DNA from: Synechococcus sp.
GTDB taxonomy: Bacteria; Cyanobacteriota; Cyanobacteriia; PCC-6307; Cyanobiaceae
Assembly: GCA_047285535.1 (NCBI GenBank)
Contig: JBJBDC010000001.1
Span: 704,136-768,135, forward strand
Direction of reading: 5' to 3'
Length of the DNA stretch: 64,000 nucleotides
The notes under the pieces were generated by a model. It was not told the DNA's origin and ran no database searches. It worked only from the letters and a program-made list of their open reading frames with translations. Shown here in pieces: positions 51,721-62,000 of this stretch (position 1 is the stretch's first letter; every line of letters starts with the position of its first letter). A program made the position numbers and the translations under genes.

Positions 51721-54687
51721 TTAGTAGTACTTCTCGATATAGCTATACGCTTTCGCGAATAGTGCTTTGTCACTGTGGAGTTTGTAGTGAAATAGTGTTT
51801 TTCGAAGTGCTTTTCTGACTTCTCGCTCACCTGCATGGGTGGCTTGCCAGCCTTCAAATCGAACTTCTTTTACGATTCTGTCGATATCATTCACAATTTT
51901 TTCGACAATGATTGGAGTATGTTCGTTTTTGGCTTCTTCAAAAAGTTCGGTTAATGCAGCTTTGGCTTCGTCTGCAGTGTTGATTTTTGGAGTTGAGTTC
52001 TCCATTGCGACAAGGTCTTTCGCGAGGTCCAGTAGTTCTTTCAAAAAGGCAACGCTGATGAGCAATCCTTGTTGATGGCGGTTTCGTAGGTCTTCTAAAC
52101 GCTCGCCAAGAGCCTTGAAACGAGGATCGGAAAGATGATTGCGCAGCCGCCGAGCAATTTTAATTTCAACTTTTCTTCCTTCACCATCCGGGTCTGGTGA
52201 CCCCATGATTGCTTCAAGTAAATCGGCGTCGATGACAAGTGTGTCCAGATCATCGCGAATATTATTGACATTGACACCTGCATGAATAAGCTCGATTGTT
52301 TTAGAGCCAAGACGATGCCATAACAGGTTGCCAGTATTGTCGACTGGTTTAATCGATTCATAGACTTGAATCAACCAGCGATAATCGGATTGAAATTCTG
52401 AGAGAGTAGGGTCAGGTGATATGGCTTCCCATAAGCGCATTAAGTACGATGTGTCTGCTGCAAATTCATCTCTAATGCTGTTGCTTGGCAGACATTGCTG
52501 AGCAGCTTGCAATCCTTCGTATCCAGGAATACTCTTGTCGACGCCTTGAAAGTATGTAAGGCATTTTTGAATAGCTTCTGGAATCTTATTGATTAACTCT
52601 TCAATATTGGAAACAACCTTAGTGATTCCCTCTTCGTCAAACTGGAGGGCCTGTGCTACGTCATCAAAAACACCAAGATAATCAACGATTAATCCATGGC
52701 TTTTATTTTGGCCATATGGCCTGTTCGTGCGGCATATAGCCTGAAGGAGAGTGTGGTCTAGTAATGGCCGATCGAGATACATGGTTTGAAGGATCGGTGC
52801 ATCAAAACCAGTAAGGAGTTTTGATGTAACAATGATCAACTTCAGAGGGTCTGCTGGATCTCTGAATCGGTCAAGTAGCTTTTCTTCTGCATCGCGGTCG
52901 AGTTTGTATTCCATGTATTCAGCCTCTCCGCTATTAACGGACATCACGATCGCTGATGACTCTGCCGGCAGATGCCGATCAAGCTCTTTTTTATAGAGAA
53001 CGCAACTTTCTCGATCAAAGGTAACTACTTGGCCTGCAAAATTATTTGGTTGTACTTTTTCTTTGAAGTGCTTCGCAATGTCTTGGCAAACTGCTTCTAT
53101 CCTCTTGGGCGCTTTTAAAAGTACGGCCATCTTTGCTGCTGTCTTCGATAATTTATCGCGCTCTTCGTCGGTAAGATCTTTTGTTAATTCCTGATATTCT
53201 TCTGAGATTGAAATATTGTCAACGTGTAGTTCGAGCAATCGTGGTTCGAAATGAAGTTCTTTTGTTGCGCCATCTCGAATTGAGTCTTCAAAGCCATAGC
53301 GGCTCATATAGCCATACTCATCCTCGTCTGCACCAAAAGCATAAAATGTATTTTTATCTGACTTATTGATCGGTGTTCCTGTCAGCCCAAATAGAAATGC
53401 ATTAGGAAGCGCCTCTCTCATCCTTCTGCCTAGATCACCTTCTTGGGATCGGTGTGCCTCGTCTGCTAAGCAGATAATGTTTGAACGGCTATTCAATACG
53501 CCTTCGCTTTCGCCAAATTTATGAATCGTTGTGATGATGATTTTACGAGCATCCTTGTCTAATAGATTTTGAAGATCTTTGCGGCTTTCTGCTTTTACTA
53601 TGTTTGCGGCATTGTTTGCATAGAATGTACTGCTAATCTGGCTATCAAGGTCTACCCGATCGACAAGGATAATGAGTGTTGGGTTTTTGAGCGCTTGGTG
53701 AAGGCGAAGTTTTTGAGCGGCGAATAGCATTAATAGAGACTTCCCAGAGCCCTGGAAGTGCCAAATCAATCCCTTCTTGGGGTGCCCCTTGATGACTCGC
53801 TCAATCAGCTTATTGGTTCCTTCGTATTGCTGGTAGCGAGCGATAATTTTAATCCGTTGTTTGCCTTTATGAGTTGCGTAAGAGGTGAAATTCATCAGCA
53901 AGTCAAGTACTACATGTGGCTGTAGCATCGACCTGATTTGTCTACCTATCGCTTCAAGCGTTGGTAAGGAAGTTTCTTCTTCAATTCGCCAAGGGCCCCA
54001 GAATTCCACTGGCATGCGAATGGAGCCATAGCGAAGTTCTTTACCCTCTGTTGCGATTGAGAATGCATTCGGAACAAAGAGTTCGGGGATGTTCGGCTCG
54101 TATTGATCATGAATCTGTAGCGCACCGTCCAGCCAGCTTTCGCATGATCGGACCGGTGTCTTGGCTTCAATCAATACTAGAGGAATTCCATTAATCAGTA
54201 GGACAAGGTCAGCACGCTTTTCTTCTTTGCCTGCTCTAAACGTATATTGTTGAGTGACAACATATTGGTTCCTCTCGAGCTCATCAAAATCAATCAGCTT
54301 GATTGTGACGTGTTCACCATTCTCTCCGAAGGGCATTGACTTTTCACCAGTAAGCCATGAAGTAAATTCTTCATTGCTTTTGACTAGGCCATCACTGCGC
54401 ACTCCCATAATGATGGCTCTTAACCGATAAAGAATGTCTCCTGCTCGTTCAGGGTTGGAGGCGATCGAGGGGTTTAATCGAATAATCGCTTCGCGAAGAT
54501 GAGCCTCGATGAGTGCCTCCTGGGGCTGGCGAGGAAGGTCATGGTGGGAGAGGTAGTGCCAGCCGAGGCCGATAAGTTGTTCGTTATGGCGAGCGAGGCC
54601 TGGGGCGACAGTGGTGTTATCGGTGACTCCCCCGCAAAGCAAATCGCGGATGAATGCTTCGACGGTGTTGGCTTCGTTGAAGGTCAT
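51721..54687 (-). CDS. hsdR: Type I restriction endonuclease subunit R
   Basis: RADLVLLINGIPLVLIEAK, WHFQGSGKS, DEAHR, GLTGTP, LLTGFDAP, QAICRTNR. Confidence 0.95.
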   Translation of the reverse strand: MTFNEANTVEAFIRDLLCGGVTDNTTVAPGLARHNEQLIGLGWHYLSHHDLPRQPQEALIEAHLREAIIRLNPSIASNPERAGDILYRLRAIIMGVRSDGLVKSNEEFTSWLTGEKSMPFGENGEHVTIKLIDFDELERNQYVVTQQYTFRAGKEEKRADLVLLINGIPLVLIEAKTPVRSCESWLDGALQIHDQYEPNIPELFVPNAFSIATEGKELRYGSIRMPVEFWGPWRIEEETSLPTLEAIGRQIRSMLQPHVVLDLLMNFTSYATHKGKQRIKIIARYQQYEGTNKLIERVIKGHPKKGLIWHFQGSGKSLLMLFAAQKLRLHQALKNPTLIILVDRVDLDSQISSTFYANNAANIVKAESRKDLQNLLDKDARKIIITTIHKFGESEGVLNSRSNIICLADEAHRSQEGDLGRRMREALPNAFLFGLTGTPINKSDKNTFYAFGADEDEYGYMSRYGFEDSIRDGATKELHFEPRLLELHVDNISISEEYQELTKDLTDEERDKLSKTAAKMAVLLKAPKRIEAVCQDIAKHFKEKVQPNNFAGQVVTFDRESCVLYKKELDRHLPAESSAIVMSVNSGEAEYMEYKLDRDAEEKLLDRFRDPADPLKLIIVTSKLLTGFDAPILQTMYLDRPLLDHTLLQAICRTNRPYGQNKSHGLIVDYLGVFDDVAQALQFDEEGITKVVSNIEELINKIPEAIQKCLTYFQGVDKSIPGYEGLQAAQQCLPSNSIRDEFAADTSYLMRLWEAISPDPTLSEFQSDYRWLIQVYESIKPVDNTGNLLWHRLGSKTIELIHAGVNVNNIRDDLDTLVIDADLLEAIMGSPDPDGEGRKVEIKIARRLRNHLSDPRFKALGERLEDLRNRHQQGLLISVAFLKELLDLAKDLVAMENSTPKINTADEAKAALTELFEEAKNEHTPIIVEKIVNDIDRIVKEVRFEGWQATHAGEREVRKALRKTLFHYKLHSDKALFAKAYSYIEKYY

Positions 54688-55856
54688 TTCTTGAGAGCCT
54701 CCACCAATAGAAGTTGCGCCAAATGCTCCACTTGGTTAGCACGAGAGTTCAGTTGAACAACTTCGCGACTGAGTTCTGCGATACGTTCGCAAAATATTGT
54801 CCATGCTGAGCCGAGTTTTGGGATAGGCCCAGCGAGGAAGTTTGCCTGAGAAATGTTCTTAGCATCAGTGCCGTTGAGATTGTTCCGGATGTGTTTGCGG
54901 AATACGCGAGCTTTCGTCCAGGCAAGCACAGCGTGAGGCTCATATGCATGGTCATCGTGAAACCTCAGCCGCCATGTCTTGTCCGAGAGCATTAGGTTGC
55001 TGCGAGTATTCTTTACGATGCATGTTCTGCCTACCGAGGCCGGGGCGGCATTGGCACGTGTTACTAGGAAATCCCCAGTCTTGACTTCGAGATCAGCAAT
55101 GAATGCATCGTTGGCAATCGCCTTGTTTTCATTCTGGTTGTAATCCCAGTCTCCAACCGCGCTCACTTTAAGCACCCCTTTTTCGTCTTCCGCTGCTTCG
55201 TGGCCTGGGCTCGGAGGGCTCTTGCCAGCTTGGAGTCCGCTGGTGACCTCGCCGAGTGTCGTCATTTGACGGTCGAGGATCTGCGCTTCGAATGCGAATA
55301 TCAATGCCAGCCGAGTTTTAGCCGCTGAATCTGCGAGGCTGCGGTAGGTTTCGCATGACGCCTTTGCCGCCTGCAGCACCTCCGCAATTCGCCGCTGTTC
55401 CTCCATTAGTGGCAGGGCTAACTCATACTTTTCGAGCGCCTTCCAGTTCACACGAGGCGAAAGCCCGCCCTGCGACATTCTGATCACGTAGTCATAGAAG
55501 GGTTCGCTCTGGCAGATAAATGGCAGGAGCTCTGGTAGCAGTTGTTCACCCTTGGGTTCCAGAACATAGATGTCTCCTGAGCAGACTCCGCTGAAATCCG
55601 CAACAGCCACCTTTCGCTGATATGCGCGTCTTTTCCCGAACAACACCTGCCCGGGGCGAAAGACATTCGTAAACGTTACTCCTTCTGCGATATCACCCCA
55701 GCTTCGAACCTTGAGATCACTCGGTTCCAGGTGTTCAAGCCCGATGTATCGCTCGAACCCATCTGCTTCCGGGTCCTTCGAACGCTCCTTGCAGAGTTGC
55801 ACGACATCGCCAAAGGCAACCTTTGTCCCAGTGGTGAGTTTGGTGATGTCAGGCAT
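54684..55856 (-). CDS. hsdS: Type I specificity subunit S
   Basis: Two TRDs joined by LPLMEEQRRIAEVL; between hsdM and hsdR; ATG 55856 overlaps the hsdM stop. Confidence 0.9.
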   Translation of the reverse strand: MPDITKLTTGTKVAFGDVVQLCKERSKDPEADGFERYIGLEHLEPSDLKVRSWGDIAEGVTFTNVFRPGQVLFGKRRAYQRKVAVADFSGVCSGDIYVLEPKGEQLLPELLPFICQSEPFYDYVIRMSQGGLSPRVNWKALEKYELALPLMEEQRRIAEVLQAAKASCETYRSLADSAAKTRLALIFAFEAQILDRQMTTLGEVTSGLQAGKSPPSPGHEAAEDEKGVLKVSAVGDWDYNQNENKAIANDAFIADLEVKTGDFLVTRANAAPASVGRTCIVKNTRSNLMLSDKTWRLRFHDDHAYEPHAVLAWTKARVFRKHIRNNLNGTDAKNISQANFLAGPIPKLGSAWTIFCERIAELSREVVQLNSRANQVEHLAQLLLVEALKK

Positions 55857-57357
55857 GACCCGCCTCCTCTGCTGCAAGGCCATCGAGCATTTCTACGAGT
55901 GAGTCCATTCCCGACCAGAAAACCTGCTCGCTGTCTTCAAATGAGGTCCACGCGACGGAAAGGTTCCTGGAGTCACCAATACCCACTGCTTTCTTTACTT
56001 TCTCGACATACCGAGGAACGGAGAGGTTGCCACTTTGGGCGAGTGTGTCTTTGTTTGCCACGACCGCGGCGAAGCCAGGTTGATTGTTGAAGTTCTGATA
56101 TGCGTCGAGGATCCTCGCCTGGTGCTCCGGCTTGAGAAAACTTTGAGATCGCTCTCTGGCAACTTCGTTTACGGCATCAATAAAGAGGATCTTGCCCTTG
56201 CGATTTGATGGCTTCGCGGAGCGACAGATTAGGACGAAGGCCTCCATCGGAGAGTTGTAAAAAAGGTTGGGTCCTAGACCCAATACGCACTCAAGAAGGT
56301 CCATCTCGATGAGTTTTCGCCTCATCTCTGCTTCCTCGTTACGGCCGAGTACGCCCTGCGGAAACAGGATCGCGCATCGGCCTGTCTTCGGATCCATGCT
56401 CTTGAGGATGTGCTGGAAGAACGCGTAGTCGGCACGACTCTGTGGTGGGGTACCGAGAAAGTTCCGTTCCCATTGATCGCTTTGCCAAGCACTCCGCTTC
56501 CACTTCTTGATCGAGTACGGAGGGTTGGCGAGCACCACATCGAAGGTCTTCAATCGGTCTCTTTCGATTAAGGCTGGCTCGTGAAGCGTATTTCCGCTGC
56601 GGATGTCGAAGTCGGCTACGCCGTGCAAGACGAGATTCATGCGGGCGATAGCCGCGGTGATGTTGATTAGTTCCTGTCCATAGAGGCCGATGGTCCGGGC
56701 ATCTCCGCCGTTGCGCTTCACCTCGGCCAAGCATGAGATCAACATGCCGCCAGTGCCGCATGTTGGGTCGTAGATGGTCTCGCCTGACTTGGGTTCCAGC
56801 ATCTGCGCCATCAAGTGCACAAGTGTGCGGTTGGTAAAGAACTCCTGTGCGGTGTGGCCCGAGTCGTCGGCGAACTGCTTGATTAGGTACTCATAGCCGT
56901 TCCCAAGTTCGTCTTCGGGAACGTTGGCGAGGCTCAAGGTGTGCGTGGAGAAGTGCTCAATCAGGTTTTTGAGCGTCTCATCCGGCATTTGAGCTTTATC
57001 AGTCCAGGCTGCACTTCCGAAGACACCTTTGAGACGCTCCGGATTTGCCGCTTCGATGGCTTGGTAGGCGTTGAGGAGTGCTCGGCCCACATCAGCGGAG
57101 GTGATACGGACATCGTTCCAGTGCGCACCCTCGGGAATGGTGAAACGGTCATTGGCGGTTGCCATGGCGTAGCCCTCGTCCTTGGTATCTGCAAAGGCTT
57201 CGTTGTAATCCCCGTCCCAGACATCCGAGAGCCGCTTGAAAAAGAGCAGCGGGAAGATGTACTGCTTGTAGTCGCTGGCATCGATCAGCCCACGTAGCAG
57301 GGTGGCAGCCCCCCAAAGGTAAGACTCGAGTTGTAGCTGAGTGAGCTTTTCAGTCAT
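55849..57357 (-). CDS. hsdM: Type I methyltransferase subunit M, NPPY type (predicted m4C)
   Basis: LWGAATLLRG, EFFTNR, YDPTCGTGG, LANPPY. Confidence 0.92.
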   Translation of the reverse strand: MTEKLTQLQLESYLWGAATLLRGLIDASDYKQYIFPLLFFKRLSDVWDGDYNEAFADTKDEGYAMATANDRFTIPEGAHWNDVRITSADVGRALLNAYQAIEAANPERLKGVFGSAAWTDKAQMPDETLKNLIEHFSTHTLSLANVPEDELGNGYEYLIKQFADDSGHTAQEFFTNRTLVHLMAQMLEPKSGETIYDPTCGTGGMLISCLAEVKRNGGDARTIGLYGQELINITAAIARMNLVLHGVADFDIRSGNTLHEPALIERDRLKTFDVVLANPPYSIKKWKRSAWQSDQWERNFLGTPPQSRADYAFFQHILKSMDPKTGRCAILFPQGVLGRNEEAEMRRKLIEMDLLECVLGLGPNLFYNSPMEAFVLICRSAKPSNRKGKILFIDAVNEVARERSQSFLKPEHQARILDAYQNFNNQPGFAAVVANKDTLAQSGNLSVPRYVEKVKKAVGIGDSRNLSVAWTSFEDSEQVFWSGMDSLVEMLDGLAAEEAGHA

Positions 57358-59086
57358 TGATCCAACCTCCTTCGATCAACACAGTTCGCAGGTGGTCTTC
57401 AGCTGCGCGTGCTTCGGTGAGTGCTTTTTTGAAAGCGGAGACCGCCTGGGGCAGGGGTGGAATGTCTTCGTCGATGGGCGGCAGTACGTAGCGGGAGATG
57501 TTGAGCGTCCACCCTTCGTCTTTGATCTCAGGGAGGCTGACGACCTTGGCTCGATATTCGATATCTTCAAAAGCTTGGAACCACTCGACGATTTGTTCCC
57601 CGTGTTCTGAATCGAGAAAGTTCTGCGCGCGGCCTTTTCGGAAAAGGTGCTGTGCATCGATGATGAGCACCTTGTTCTTTCGCTCGGCGGGCTTGTTGCG
57701 TCGAAGGACAACCACGCAGCCGGCGAGTTGGGTGCCGTAGAAGAGGTTTGGAGCTAGGCCGATCACTGCTTCGATTAAGTCTTCTTTGAGCAAGCCTTCG
57801 CGGATCTTGCCTTCGGCACTCTTTCGGAACAGAGCACCCTGTGGCAGCACTACGGCCATTCGGCTTGAATCTGCATCGGCCATTGACGCAATCATGTGCT
57901 GGACGAAGGCGTAGTCGCCGTAGCTATTGGGCGGCAGGCCGTATTTCTTACGCCCCCAGGGATCGTTTTCCCAAATCTCTTGCCCCCAGTCTTCAAGTGA
58001 AAAAGGTGGATTGGCAATCACGCAGTCAAACTTTGCTAGCCCTCCGGATTCTTCAGTGAATGCAGGCTGGCGCAGGGTATCTTCACGGACAATCTTGAAA
58101 TCCTCGATGCCGTGAAGGACGAGGTTCATGCGCGCGACTGAAGAGGTCGTGAGATTTTTCTCCTGGCCGTAGATCTTGCCGAAGAACGTGCGTGGGTCTC
58201 CTCCTTTTTCTTTCACGTGATCGATCGCAGCGAGCAACATTCCACCGGTTCCGCAGGCGGGGTCATAGATCGATTCACCCTCTTTTGGGTCAAGGATTTT
58301 GACCATCATCTGCACAACGCTTCTCGGTGTGTAGAATTCGCCGGCTTTGTTTCTGCGAGTCACATCAGCAAATTTCCCGACTAAGTATTCGTAAGCATCA
58401 CCAAGAACGTCAGTGGAAACAGCTTGGTTTCCCAACTTAATAGCGGAAAATCCTTCAATCAGATCCTTGATAAGTTCGTCTGGAAACTTCTCCTTGTTTC
58501 CCCAATCTCCCGAGCCAAAAACACGATTCAAGGTCTCTGGATTACTCAGTTCTATTGTTTGCATAGCATTTTTTAGAGTTGCTCCAACGTCCTTTGCGGC
58601 TGTTCTCACATCATCCCAGTGGCAATCCTCGGGTATTTGAAAACGATGCTCGTCTTTAAAGTCTTCTCCATATCCTTCAAGCATTCTCGAGTATTCTTCA
58701 TCCCACACATCGCAGATGCGTTTGTAGAATAGAATCGGCAAAATATATCCCTTCCAGTCAGTGCGATCGACGGCAGAACCTCTGAGGATATTGGCTGCTT
58801 CCCAAAGTGCTGATTTCAAATTTGACTCTTTTGCGAGGTTGTTATCCCTGTTGCTTGCAGGTTTCTTATCGTTAGTTACTGCACTAAGGCCACCATCGGG
58901 TCCACTTGCATTTTTTGCTGCCCCAAGTGCAACAGCCATGTTCTTTGCTTCGTGGAATTCTTCGTCGGAAATCTCATCGTTTAATTCATGGCTAAGTGCT
59001 GCCCTTAGATCTGCATTGCTAATCCGGCTGCCATCCTCGGGAATTAGTGCAATCAGAGTGTCGGTGAGTTCGGTTAGTGATGCCAT
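57350..59086 (-). CDS. hsdM: Type I methyltransferase subunit M, NPPF type (predicted m6A), with extra N-terminal domain
   Basis: LWEAANILRG, GEFYTPR, YDPACGTGG, IANPPF; about 85-aa N-terminal extension. Confidence 0.92.
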   Translation of the reverse strand: MASLTELTDTLIALIPEDGSRISNADLRAALSHELNDEISDEEFHEAKNMAVALGAAKNASGPDGGLSAVTNDKKPASNRDNNLAKESNLKSALWEAANILRGSAVDRTDWKGYILPILFYKRICDVWDEEYSRMLEGYGEDFKDEHRFQIPEDCHWDDVRTAAKDVGATLKNAMQTIELSNPETLNRVFGSGDWGNKEKFPDELIKDLIEGFSAIKLGNQAVSTDVLGDAYEYLVGKFADVTRRNKAGEFYTPRSVVQMMVKILDPKEGESIYDPACGTGGMLLAAIDHVKEKGGDPRTFFGKIYGQEKNLTTSSVARMNLVLHGIEDFKIVREDTLRQPAFTEESGGLAKFDCVIANPPFSLEDWGQEIWENDPWGRKKYGLPPNSYGDYAFVQHMIASMADADSSRMAVVLPQGALFRKSAEGKIREGLLKEDLIEAVIGLAPNLFYGTQLAGCVVVLRRNKPAERKNKVLIIDAQHLFRKGRAQNFLDSEHGEQIVEWFQAFEDIEYRAKVVSLPEIKDEGWTLNISRYVLPPIDEDIPPLPQAVSAFKKALTEARAAEDHLRTVLIEGGWIND

Positions 59087-59091
59087 TTGGA

Positions 59092-62000
59092 TTATTTAGT
59101 CTTTTGTTTGGGCAACAGTTCGCACAACCGATTGATTTGCTCGGCCTCTGCCACCGTGTTGGCAACACCGCTGGCCAGGCCGGGTGATCCCACCACGATC
59201 GAGAGGCATTGCGCCCGGCTGATCGCCACGTTCAAGCGGTTGGGTTCCAGCAGAAAGCTCAGACCCCGTGGTGCTTCATCACCACTGCTCGCGGTGAGCG
59301 AATGAATGGCAACCGGGGCCTCCTGGCCTTGGAATTTGTCCACCGTGCCCACCCGGGCTTTGCCGTGCAGCCGTTGCTGCAGCCGGTTCACCTGCACGTT
59401 GTAGGGCGCTGTCACCAGGATGGTGTTGGCATCAAGCACGCCTTCTTCTGTGCCGTTGCCGCGGGCGATGGCGTAACGGCTGCCCAGCAGTGCATCCACC
59501 AACTGCTCGATGCGACCAATCTCCTCTGGGGCATGCACGCTCCTGCCGCTGTGCTCCACCGCTTCAAACACCAGGCCTTGCACTGGGTATAGCGATCCAT
59601 CACTGCTTTGGCAGGGCTTGCTCCAAGTGATGCAGTTTGCGCAATTGCCTTGGTGGGCTTGCAGGCGGCTCTCGTAGAACAGCTCGCTCACCATCGCCGT
59701 GAGGCTCGGCTCCATCCGCCAGCTGGTGGGCAGGAACACGCCGCGATCGTCCGGCACCACGGCCTCCCCTTGCATCCAGAACTCCAGGCAGCTCTGGCCG
59801 GAGTCGCCCGGGTGATCGGCCTGGGACGGCTGCGCCAGTTGCTGTTGATCGCCCACCAGCAGGATCGAGCGGGCGCAGCGCGCCATCACCAGCAGATTGG
59901 CGAGCGACATCTGCCCGGCTTCATCCACCACCAGCCAATCGAATTGATCGGCGAGCTCTTCCTTGCAGAACATCCAGGTGGTGCCGCCCACCACCGCTGA
60001 GCTGGCATCCAGCTGGCCGGGTTTCAGCACAACAATGCCGGCCTCGGCCATCGCCTCTTCTTTGGAGTTGCTGCACTTCACCACCTGGCCGATCACCCCG
60101 GCGTCAGCGCAGGTGCTCTTGGCTTTCTTCAGCAGGTTGTTGATGGCGGCGTGGCTGTTGGAGCTGATCGCAATGCGTTGGCCCTGCTTGGCCAGCTGGG
60201 CAATCACCTGGCCGGTGACAGTGGATTTGCCCGTGCCCGGCGGCCCCTGCAAGGCCAGGGTGATGCCGCTGTTGCTGGCGAGAAAGTCCGTTAGCAGTGC
60301 ACTCACCCGGTTGGGATCACCCTTGAGTTCGCGGTTCAGTGCTTTGAGCGCGGGCAGTGGTTGGCGTTCCAGCAGTTGCTGGATCGCAGCCGGGAGCTTT
60401 TGGTTGCGATCGACCCAACCTTCAGCCTGCTCTTCCAGGCTTGCTCTGATCGATTTGCTGATGTCTGCCGGCACCTTGATCAGGCTGGTGGCGCCTTTGG
60501 GGATGCCTTCGCCGTCGCCATTGGCGATGCATTGATCGCGTTTGCTCCAGGGCAGCTTCAGGCTCACCTGCCCCTGCTCGGCATCAAGGGCATCCACATC
60601 CAGCTTCAGGCCTGTTTCGGACAGCTCCAGCTGCAGGCGCTTGTCGCCATCGCCGCCGTGCAGCTTCAGCGGTTGGCTGGGATCAAAGCGGAAGTGGTGG
60701 ATGTCGGCACCGGTGCGGGCGCTGGGGCGTTCCTCCATCCCCGTCCACTCAGCAGCGGCAATGGCTTCGCCGTCATCGATCAGTTCATCGGGGCTGAGCT
60801 GCGCTTTGTTACTGCGATCGAAGTAGGCCCACCAGCCCACCTTGGCTTCGCGGTGATGGAAGGGCAGCAACTGGGCCAGCAGTTGTTGGGCTCTCCAGCT
60901 CAAGCCCCTCGGGCCGTTCGCTTCGGGGTCCGTGAGTGGGTCGGGGAGTTCATCGAGCAGCCGTTGGCTGAGCCGTTCCAGTGGGTAGGGCTCCCGTGTT
61001 TCCTGTTCTTCGTCTGTGGTGAGCTTCAGCGGTTGCTCAGGCAGGCCTTGTTCACGCCTGAGCTTCAGAAGCCAGTCGTGCAGGAACACGGTGCTCTCGC
61101 AGTCTTCGTGGTTGTAGTCCTCAATCGCCTGCAGCTTTGGACTGGCCTGGGGCGCATCGCCTGGAATGGCGGGTTCACCGGAGGTTTGCCAGTGCAGGTA
61201 AGCCACCACGGAATCACCGGCGTTGGTCACCCCCGCCTGGCGGGCCTCCATATAAAGGTGCTCCACCTTCTTGATCGAATAGCTGGGTTCGCCCAGCACG
61301 ATTGAGCTGGTGACGATTGGCAACAGGTCCACCAATAGTTCGCTGCGCAGCCAGGAATCGATCTCGGCTTCACGGGTGGCGTGCTGTTGCGCCAGGTGCC
61401 GCATCGCCGTTTTCTCGTAGGCGGCGTAGTGGTAGATCCGCAGGCCCGGGAACTTGACCCGTCGTTCCTCCACCCAATCCACCCACGCCTCGAAGGCGCG
61501 TTTTTCCTCCGCTTCGCTGTGGGCCCAGAACGCCTTGAACAACGGCTTTCCCTCTGGGGTGTTTCGGTAACAGGCGCCAAACAGGTATTCGAGCTTGTTG
61601 CCGCTCACTGGGTCATGGATGCCTTCCATGTCGAACCAGATATCGCCGGCATCAGCAGCCGGCAGCGCTGCCAGGCCTTTGCCAGTTTCAATCGGCCTGA
61701 GGCGATAGGCCGGCCGGCCATCAGCATCCAGGGGCTGCAACTGCATTGCGGCCTGTTGGCGCAGCTCATGCAGGGCCTCTCCATTCAGCCCGGGGATAGC
61801 TGTGCCGTCAGGAACAGCAGCGAGCTCTTCAATCATGCTGATGCCGGCAGCGCGCAGTTTCTTGCGTTGGCTCTGGCGCATGCCCGCCACCAGCATCAGA
61901 TCGCGTGCCTCCTCGAGCCGTTGCTCGATGAACGTCGACCAGCCGCCGTGATCCCCCGGTGCATCCTCGGGAATCACCGCTGGATCGAAGCCCTCGCGGA

